Shown here in pieces: positions 25,701 to 34,813 of a DNA stretch of 64,000 nt. The position numbers and the translations under genes were made by a program. Within the stretch, counting starts at the first letter, position 1; each line of letters starts with the position of its first letter. Source of the DNA: Azolla caroliniana (taxonomy: Eukaryota > Plantae > Polypodiophyta). The notes beneath the pieces were generated by a model. The model worked only from the letters and a program-made list of their open reading frames with translations. It was not told the DNA's origin and did not search any database. Location: the NCBI GenBank assembly GCA_043228905.1, contig JBHGNT010000014.1:17484001-17548000 (forward strand). The letters run 5' to 3'.

Positions 25701-26284
25701 AGTAGGAACTCGCCCCCACCGATTTTGAGCTCCCGGAGCGTCCCGTCGGTGAAGGTGTGTCCTATGCAGGCCGGATCTCGTAAACTGGGGTCCGTCGCAA
25801 CCCCTCTGATTCGGGACTCGCTGCCCTCCGGTAAGGGTGCCGCGACCGGCCTTACCTTCCGGTCCACAGTCTTGTACTTCGTGCTAACTCGGGCAGTCCG
25901 ATCCGACCCGAGCCCCTGACTGAAGTCCGCGATGACTTCGTACATCTCTTCGGAACATACCGATATCGTCCGGTCTTCGTGAAGGTCTTCTCCGGCCACC
26001 TTCCTCAGCATTCCCAAGGTGTCGTCGAAGGAGACCGCCTCCATGGCTCCGCTGATTTCCTCGTTCGGGCCGAGAACTCCACACGCTCGAAGTCGCGCTT
26101 CCGCCCTTGCTTTTTCTCGGCCAACGATGCCGACTAACATACACCCTTCGTTGCCGGAGAAGTAAAATCCCTTTCTTATCGTACAGGGTTTCTTCGGTTT
26201 CGGTTCTATCATACAGCTGTGGGGTCTTTCCCGAGTGTCCGGACTGTCTCGGCCCCACGCCTTGGCAGCCCTCTCTAAAAATCC
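22795..26284 (-). pseudogene. Pol (RT-RNase H-integrase) of Gypsy family 1, interrupted by a stop (~24116) and a frameshift (~23577)
   Basis: ORFs 24116-26212, 23552-24097 and 22795-23577 are collinear with the family 2 pol (35340-38243). Confidence 0.9.
26219..26284 (-). promoter_or_regulatory. Putative -1 frameshift signal (G_GAU_UUU plus H-type pseudoknot), family 1
   Basis: Minus strand: GGATTTT-TAGAGA-GGGCTGCC..GTGGGG..GACAGTCC...CCCCAC. The -1 frame is open from the heptamer into the pol ORF. Confidence 0.75.
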
Positions 26285-28402
26285 TCTCAGTTCTCGCCAC
26301 CGAGGGATTCGCGGTTTCGCTCGTGGTTCGGCCGCACCGTCAGAAATTGGACCGAATGGCGCCCGTCCTGGCTTTTGATCCTCGCATAGGCCGAACCGTT
26401 GTCCAGCACCTTGGTCTCCATTCTCGCCGCCGTGATGTATGGTTCCCCTAATATGACCGGGTGCGAGGACGTCTCCTGTACGAAGAAGTGCTGGTCAATC
26501 TCGACGTCGCTGATCTTGACTCGCACATTCGGGCAGGCCCCGTGCAGTTCCTCGGTGGCGCGCGTCGCCGCCCGTATCTTCCACCCGTGCTTGGTGTTGA
26601 TCGGCCATTTTCCCTTCTTATAGAAGTCCATGGACATCAGGTTTATTTCCGAACCGTGGTCCACCAATGCCACCACCGGTTCCTGAACATCTCCGATCTT
26701 TACCGGGGTCTCCGTGGTCGCTCGGGCCCAGTGTGGCCTCGAATAGTGGCTCTCCGCCCACTCATCTTCCAGCGCCATGTCGTCGATGTGCGTCGTCCGC
26801 ACCTCCACCGGTCTTTCCGGTTCCGTCTCCGTCGACAACCTCTTCCGTTTCACCAGGTCCACAATGGAGTCGTGGAATTCCTTCTTGGCGATCCCTAGCA
26901 CCTCCCGTAATGACAGCTCCACTTTGCTGTCGAGGATCCGTTCTTCTAGGACCTTTCGTAGGTCCGTGGTCCTTTCTATTTCCGTCCCCAGTCGGTATCT
27001 GCCCTTCCTGGGGTTATCTTGCGCGTTGGACCCACCGGCTTCGTTCCGTCGTTGCCCGAATCGGGTCTCGTATCGTTGTGATGGCCCGGCCGCTCCGGCT
27101 TTCCCCACTCGTTTGTCTTCTACCAGAGCCTCGTAGTTCCGGCAAGCGGCTTCTACGAAGCCCGTCTTCTCCTCGACCGGGTCGCTCCACCCGGTTATTT
27201 CCCGGACCCGTCTCTCAGCGCGGTCCGTTTCATCTTTCCTCAGCCGTGCACCGGCGAGGCCTTCCAGCATTGCCGACTAGAATCCGTCTTTGCTCTCCAT
27301 TCGGGCCTCGCTGCCCCCGACCCGAATGTCAGCCGACGCCGAGTAGTGGATGGCCTCCACGTGGAAGGGCCGCTGCCTCTTCCATCAGTCTCTTCATACC
27401 TCCTCGCCCGTCATTTCGGTTTATGGCCCTTCTGGTGTCGCCGGCGTGCACCCGGCCTTCCCACAGGTACATCACCCGGTTCCTCAACGCCTCTGCGAAA
27501 TCGCCGCAGTCCTTCCGAATGTGGCCGACCTCGTCGCACCACATGCACCTGTTCCCCGCTGCTGGCCGTCGGTCACGAGCCGGTTCGCCGCCTTCCCTTC
27601 GAGTCTGGGCGATCTGGAGATCCTTTATCGCCCGCGTCAACTCCTCCAGCGTTGCTCCTCCGGACGAGCCATTGACCGTGTCGGTCGAAGCCGGACCGGT
27701 TTCGAGCCATTCCCGGGTTTCTTCCCTTCGCACTTGCGGTGCCGGTTCAAGCCTCTTTGCTGTGACAGAGCCCGCACCGGCCGCCCCGCTGTCAGCCCAT
27801 TCTCGCCGTTTGTCGAAACGGCCATAGACTCTCTTAACCGCAGCCCAGTCGGTTGTCAGCCCGTCTTCGGTTTCCAGCAAGGAGCCGACTTGATACCGGT
27901 CCCGCTCGTCCACCGACTTGACGAATAGTAGGACCCGGCTCGTATCCAGAATGGTTCGGTCAAGCGCCGAAAGGCGCGCAAAGCGTTCTTCGAACTCCCG
28001 GAGGAGTGCCGACGCGTTTCTTCCTTTGCCGGGGGACTCCACCTATTCCATGAAGTCCTGTTTCGAAAGCCGGAGCGCGTCGTCCAACCCGTATTTCTCT
28101 AGGAGTCGGCCTTCGAACTCCTCCCAGGTACGGCTCTCCCCCCGTACCTTGAGCACCTCTGCATGGATGCTCGGCATCGCCACTCGAGGGAACCCGGCAA
28201 GACGCCTCTGTTCCGGAATGTCCCGCATCAGCATTTCCGCCCCGTAGGACGCCAAATACTTCGTAGCATCCTTTCCGCTGAACCGGCCGATCGTACCGAC
28301 AACCGCCTCAATGGCTCTGTCGAGGGCGCCAGTGCCGTCGCGTGTGCTCAATATCCGATCCACGGCCGAAGCCATGGCCTCTGCAAGATCCGACCCCCTC
28401 AT
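26275..28402 (-). pseudogene. Gag-protease of Gypsy family 1 (broken by stops and a frameshift)
   Basis: ORFs 28043-28402, 27329-28042 and 26287-27270 with CCHC knuckle and aspartic protease DHG; homologous to 45388-47546. Confidence 0.85.
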
Positions 28403-28425
28403 CTTCTGCTCTTCTGACGCCTCCT

Positions 28426-28442
28426 TCACGTCGGGTTCACCA
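28426..28442 (-). promoter_or_regulatory. Primer-binding site complementary to the tRNA-Trp 3' end
   Basis: TGGTGAACCCGACGTGA, 3 nt inside the 5' LTR; complementary to ...UCACGUCGGGUUCACCA, the plant cytosolic tRNA-Trp 3' end as I recall it. Confidence 0.85.
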
Positions 28443-31400
28443 AGATGTCGAGGTATTCCTCGCGGATGCGTGGAACGAGGCGGGACCTCGGGGGTCTTGT
28501 ACCAAAGAGCAAGAGAGAAAAAGGAGAAGGGAAGAGACCCACTAGGTGCGAGCGTAGATTCACAGGGACACGGCCCTTCGACACAAAGATGCGAGTGCGA
28601 CAGCGACACAGTGAGACACGAATGTATGTAAAATATATATAAACAAGACAAACAACAAGAAGCACGAGGTCGGTTACAACCGAACAGGCCGGCGAACAGA
28701 TGCCGATGCCTGTTCGCAAAAACTCAGAAGAAAAGGAGTATGTTGGAGGTGCTGCCGGAAGCACTCGGGCATTCCTCAGAGCAGCGCAAGCCTCCCGAAA
28801 CCTGCACAGAAAGAAGCTACGGAGAGTAGAGAGAAGCCTTCGACCGACAGCCCGACAGCACTTCGTCCTCTCTGATTCGCGATCCCCTTCCTCCTCCTCG
28901 TCTCCCTCCTCTTATAGGCAAAAAGGGAGCCGTTTCCTATTAACTCCCTACCTACCGAATCTACCTACCTAGGATCTTCTATGTACAACGTGCAAGAAGA
29001 GCCGGTTCCTACGCTCCGGCGCACCGATTCCGCTTGTGGACGGTTTTCTTCACGACAACGTGGGCTGAGGTTCCTCTCGTTCGGCAGTATCCTTTACTAG
29101 TATCGCGGTGGATTTCGTGTTTGGTTGCGTGCTGCCAGCTTGCATGATTTGGTGAAACAAGTCCTCCTGACTTTTGCCAAAATCATCTAGTAGTTGCGTG
29201 AGTTCCTTGGAGTGTTGGTCCGCTAGTGTGCGATAATCCTGCACTAGGTCCTCGCGTACTACCGCAATGCCTTCTTCATTGAGTTTGTAGAACCCTCGGC
29301 CGTCTTTTCTTCGGTTCTCCCAGTCCGCCCGGTACGTATGCAACTCCGCCGCTTGTGTAGCCCATGCCATCCAGCCTTTGTCTAGCGCTGCTTGTAATTT
29401 CTTTGTAAACCTCTCCCGATTTGTTTGAAGAAGTATGCGCACATTGTCGGTTATTGCTTGGCAACGATTGCGTGCTTTTTCTACGGTTTTCTTGAGGTTT
29501 TCGATTTCTTGTTTACTGACTGCCGCCGCTTCCTCATAATTGCTCCTCATTCCTACCCATAGCTGAGATTCCTTCGAATGTAATTCCTCCAACTTTCCCA
29601 TTTCATTGTTCAGGCGGATTTCAAGCTGATGCCTCCTCTCCTGTTCCCCTACAAGCTGCTCGTCAAACCATGCTTTCTTCTTTTCTTATAACGCCTGGAG
29701 TCCCGTAATCGCCGCTTCCGATTTTTTCGCTTCCTCCTGTAGTTTGGCGTTTTCTTCTTTCATGCAGGTGTGTTGTGTTGCTTCTGCTACGAGTTCCTCT
29801 TCAAGGGTCTTCACTGCCTTTCGGCCGTTGGCCCGGATGTCCTTTTCTTTGTCCGAGGACTGGCGAAGTTCGAAGCGGAGGTGGTCAATCTCCGATTCCG
29901 CCAGTTGCACGAGGCGGTCAATCTTTCGAGGCAATGGCGGTCTGTGCTTCAATTTCTTCTCTCAGGGCCTCAACTGCGTTGTCTGTTGGTTGAGTTGCCT
30001 ATTGCGCCGTAGTCGCGTTATGTTCCAACTTCGCGATGCGTTCGTTGGCTTTCTGTAGATCGACTTGGGTTAGTTTAACTGTTTTCCAAACATTTTTATT
30101 TTTAATTGCCATATCCTTGGCGCCCATACTGACCTTAGCCAGTCCTGTATGAACCTCGACGAGGGCCGCATTTAATGGGGGTAGTTCCATCCCCATTCAG
30201 CGTATATACTGGTGTTCCACTGTCTGCCGACTCTGGCTAGCTGGTCCTCATCCTCGCTTTCCGTCGTTTGTGTTAGTGCACGCTTGATCATTTGTTGCTC
30301 CGCGTGCTCCTCGGCCATTCATTGGGAGACTTTTATTTTTTGTGTTGCCAAAACTTCCATGAATTCAAAAGTAGTTCCGAAGTGTAATAGTGCGTCGAAC
30401 TCATGGGCCATGTTCGGAATGTCCAGATACGCCATGACCTCACTTTCCGTCGTAAATACGCCTTTCCCCCGCTGTGACTGAGCCGTAATGATCGGCCCTG
30501 GTTCTTGAATTATTTCGAAGGTGGTGTTGGGATACGTAGCTATGGAGCTGTCAACCACGGTCGTCGTCTTTGTGGCCGCGAGTGTGTCTTTAACTAACCC
30601 GCGGCCATCTTTCCTGTCCAGCCTCCGCCGTTTCGGCCTCGGGCTTTCTTGACGTTGCTCGGCTTCCTGCTCCTGTAGAGCTTCCTCCCTGTGCTCCGCC
30701 CGTTCCTCCTGTGTTGTTTGCATGCTGGGTTGGGTTGATTGGGGTTCATCCTCCCATTCTATGGTGGTCAACTACGCTAACCTTCGTTTCGTAGATCGTG
30801 GTAGCGGCGTGGGTTTGCTGGGCTATGGTGTCGGCAGACCTCGGGGTGGAAATAGTATCGTTAGATACTGTTGTATGATAGGACTTAGCTTTATTCCTCC
30901 TTGATACGCTGTCGTGAAGATTTTCAGCAATAGTGTGAAAATCCCATAAAACGTACAAAATCGAGTATAAATCACATAATACAATAATTGTGAAGATAAC
31001 ATTTTAAATAAATTTAATATCTAAGTACAAAATGATGGGAAACGGACAACTAAATGTCAATATATGAGGGTATAAAGTTTGTGAAAGGAAAAGAGAAAAT
31101 TGTGAGATATCCCACATAGGCACGACAAATACAGCTCTCATCATCTATAAGGTGGAGCAAAAGATATTATCTTTGTGTCTATGTGTGGAGCATAGAGAGT
31201 TCAAGGTAACTTGAACTAAGAGTGTGACGAGAACTCAAGGCTCCTTATGTCCAACGCTCGGCCACAACCGAGCTTCTTTTCATACGCAGAAAACAGGAAA
31301 CGAAAAACACGACTCAAAGGAGAGGAAGATACACAGGAGGTTTACGTGGAAAACCCCAAACTAGGGGAAAAACCACGGCAGCCCACAGGCTTCAAATTGT

Positions 31401-32372
31401 CGCTATGTAAGAATGTACAACAGTGAGTTCACTGAGGCAACGACCTCCTGCTCACAGATCTTCGCCACAGGCGGCGGTTACAACAGAGGCAACGACCTCT
31501 TTCTCTCTCTCTCTCTCTATACACTATTACGTGCTCTCTCTTCTTCTTGCACCAACAAGGAGAAATGACAAGAACAACTACCAAAAGTTTGCCCTAAGTC
31601 ATATTTATACTAATATGACTTTTCGGCTATTTACAAATGTAGTCTCGATAGGCTCTCAGAAACATATTTACGAATATGTCTCTTCATCCGGTGTCGTGAA
31701 GATTTTCGGCAATAGTGTGAAAATCCTATAAAACGTACGAAATCGAGTATGAATCACGTAGTACAATAATTGTAAAGATAACATTTTAAATAGATTTAAT
31801 ATCTAAGTACAAAATGATAGAGGTTTCGAATGCACTTTATTACATGAGAAACGGACAACTAAATGTCAAGATATGAGGGTATAAAGTTTGTAAAAGGAAA
31901 GGAGAAATTTGTGAGATATCCCACATAGGCACGACAAATACAGCTCTCATCATATATAAGGTGGAGCAAAAGATATTATCTTTGTGTCTATGTGTGGAGC
32001 ATAGAGAGTTCAAGGTAACTTGAACTAAGAGTGGAGGTGGGCTAGCTACTCGTAAAGGGTTTTGGCCAACCAAAACCGGACCGGCGATAGAGCCGATGAT
32101 CCGGTGGCATCCGACGGCAATCCGGCGACGGTGATCCGACGGCATCCGGCACCGCACTTGAACTAAGAGTGGAGGTGGGCTAGCTACTCGTAAAGGGTTT
32201 TGGCCAACCAAAACCGGACCGGCGATAGAGCCGATGATCCGGTGGCATCCGACGGCATCCGGCACCGGTAACCGACAGCATCCGACGGCGGCACCGGTAA
32301 CCGACGGCATCCGATGTACCGGCGTCCGGCGACAAGATAAATAAATATATATACATATTTACATACACAAGG

Positions 32373-32444
32373 AGGGCAAGTAAGGATTCGAACCTTGCAC
32401 CTCCAAGTTAGGAGTCAATTGGCTTACCATTAAGCCATGCTATT
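32373..32444 (-). ncRNA. tRNA-derived Pol III A/B-box cassette in the family 2 LTR (copy 1)
   Basis: Minus strand TGGCTTAATGGTAAGC (A box with GCTT/AAGC D-stem), CTCCTAA loop motif, CAAGGTTCGAATCCTTA (consensus B box). Acceptor stem degenerate. Confidence 0.65.
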
Positions 32445-34748
32445 TAGTTGAAATTATATTTCTATCATTGTACTTTTACATGTAAATTCTCATACATAAG
32501 AGCTAAAATGAGTGACATGGTTATCATGCACCACATGTAATACATAAGCACCAAATGGCAAACATGCAATTTATGCATGTCTTGTAACCTCACATGCATC
32601 ATATGCATGAGAGCATCTATAAAAGAAGGAAGGGGGAGGAGAAAAAACACGGTTTTTTAATGAAAATTAAGAAGAAGAAATTCGTTATCAAATTGATCGT
32701 GTAACTTGTTTCTTAAATCTAAAGTTAAAAGTTCAATCAATCTCTCTCAATCGTTTAATCTCAACTTCTCTCTTTCCCAATCTATCTTAAGTACTTTCTC
32801 GCTAAATCTTACGCCAAAGCTTGTACCGACTTTGAATCCTTCCGGTCCAGAACCCCGGCAGTTCCGCCTCACGATCCGCGTGTAGTGACGGATCTTCACG
32901 ACATAATAAACTGGTGAACCCGACGTGAAAGAGGCGATAGGAAGGATCAAGTCGAGATTAATACTTGGGGATGGCGTCCTCAAGCAACCAAGCAGGAGAG
33001 ATTGAAAGGATGATGCTAATCGTCGAGCAAATGATGAGATCTCGGGACAACGACACGAGCGTGGAGAAGGTTGTCGATCGTGTCGTGGAGCTCGAGGACC
33101 AATTCGATGGAAGGAACGTTACGAAGTTCCTTGATGCATATAGAAGGGAGATGAATCAGAGGGACGTGTCCGAGGCACATCAAATCGTAAGCTTCAAGAG
33201 AGTTGTCACCAACAACATCCAAAGACACGTCATCGAGCTTCAAGAAGGTAAGACAACATGGTCCGAGTTCGAGAAAATGATACTAGCGGAGTTCGTGACT
33301 GAAGACTCAACGAGGATGACTCGACATGCCCTAATGAAGTGGATAGAGAAGAAGAATAAGAAGATGAGCGTCTCGAGGGTGTACGACGAATTCGACCAGA
33401 TGTTTAGTCGTCTCCCCAATACGGACCAAGTGTTGCTTGAAGAGGACAAGACTTTGTACTTCTTGAAGGCCGTGGACATAAAGGATAGACGGGAGTTGGG
33501 GACTCTTCTCGAAGATGATACCCAAGCAAATGGGCTCGTAGCGGACTGGATTGCGGTGAAGCGGGCATGCAATAGGCTCGACAAGCGTCGCCAATGGGTT
33601 GATGACACCGACTTGACGGGACCGACTACCACGGAGAAAGCAAGACCGCCGAAAATAGTTGAGCCGCCAAGACAAAGTAACGTGGAAGAAAAGAAGATTG
33701 ATGACGACATCATTGAAGAGCTAGCGAAGAAGTTCGAGAAGGTCACACTAGCCAACATGAATCGTCGGGGCCCTAAGGGAAAAGAACCCTTTAGATGCGT
33801 GTGGTGCGATAGCATGGACCACATGAGAAGGGATTGTGCGAGCCTTCGAGAGGCGATTCGACAAAATATCGTATACATAGAGGACAACATGATCTGCTCA
33901 AGCGAGACTAGAAGACCCCTATGGGTGAATTTCGGAAGAGAAGGAATGAAGAAATCTATGGAGGATGTCGATGCGACTCATGTGGATGCGATGCACTATG
34001 CTGCGTTGGCCGGAATAAGAGTCGGGAAAGACAAGACTGAAGCTACTAGAGCGGGAGCAAAGTTTTGGACTTCCGTTCTCGAATATGAGAAGAAGGGAAA
34101 AGTCACATCCAACGAGGTAGAGCTTGCGGACCGAAGCGTGCAAAGCATAACCGGGTGGTCAGATCCGGTGGACGACAACACCATACTCGCAGAGGTGATG
34201 TGCGACAACCACGAGGTGTTCATCGAAGAAAAGAGAAAGAGAATAGAAGAGCAAGGCCCATCAAAAAGACATGAAACAAGGAACGCGAAAAAGAAGGACG
34301 ATGCGGAGACGAGTCGACCTTTACAAATGGAGGAACGAGAATCAAGCCGAAAAGGGGAGCCGAGCATACGAGTTGAAGAAACGGTTCGGCCCGTGAAGGT
34401 TGGTGTCGAAGACCCCGCTCGGAGGACAAGGACTATACCTACCTATAAGCTAAGGTCGGACATAGAGTAGACGACGGACCTAAAGAAGATTCTCGAAGCT
34501 TGTCCCAATGTCAAAGTCACGATCGGGGATGTGGAGACGGATCAACACTTCTTCGTACAAGAATCGGCGTCGCATCCTGTCATCCTAGGGCAACCTTATA
34601 TCACATTATCTCGGATGGAGACCAGAGTGTTCGATAATGGAGCAGCCTTCGCACGAATAAAGAGTCTTGACAACCAAAGATCGGTCCAATTCCTAACGGT
34701 GCGAGCCAATCATGAAAGGAATCGAGATAGTCTCGGAGGCGAATCGTC

Positions 34749-34813
34749 GGATTTTTAGAGCGGACTATTGAAGCATGGGGCACAAAGAGTCCGAGCAATC
34801 ACAAGACCCCACA
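34749..34813 (+). promoter_or_regulatory. Putative -1 frameshift signal (G_GAU_UUU plus pseudoknot), family 2B
   Basis: GGATTTT-TAGAGC-GGACTATTG..ATGGGG..CAAAGAGTCC...CCCCAC. The -1 frame is open to ORF 34824. Confidence 0.75.

Larger units (their letters stand above)
22111..29057 (-). mobile_element. Full-length Ty3/Gypsy element, family 1 (Trp-primed, non-chromovirus): 5' LTR 28446-29057, 3' LTR 22111-22721
   Basis: Paired 611/612-bp LTRs (about 11 substitutions and 1 indel counted by eye), 4-bp TSD ACGT, PBS TGGTGAACCCGACGTGA, PPT GGTGGGGGCGGA. Gag knuckle CMWCDEVGHIRKDC, protease LVDHGSEIN, RT PFLDDIPIKG, RNase H TVDTSPTG, integrase with GPY motif. Several stops and frameshifts. Confidence 0.95.
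21736..30909 (-). pseudogene. Degraded orphan coiled-coil ORF (~740 codons after removing the 22111-29057 insertion), probably a 3' extra ORF of an older LTR element
   Basis: ORF pieces 30746-30909, 30319-30771, 29999-30196, 29686-29952, 29062-29601 and 21736-22110. Removing the insertion and one TSD restores the frame (EREEPQPT-SPELITM). The stop at 21736-38 abuts PPT-like AGGGGTGGG (21727-21735), followed by LTR-like sequence to ~21390. Confidence 0.6.

Noticed and set aside
22600-28800. Many long antisense or alternate-frame ORFs (e.g. 26667-27827, 386 aa)
   Set aside because: They are shadows of GC-rich gag/pol coding sequence with low-complexity R/P/S composition and no recognisable motifs.
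32373-32444. Functional tRNA-Arg(CCT) gene
   Set aside because: The acceptor stem does not pair and the anticodon stem pairs only out of register; kept only as a tRNA-derived cassette.
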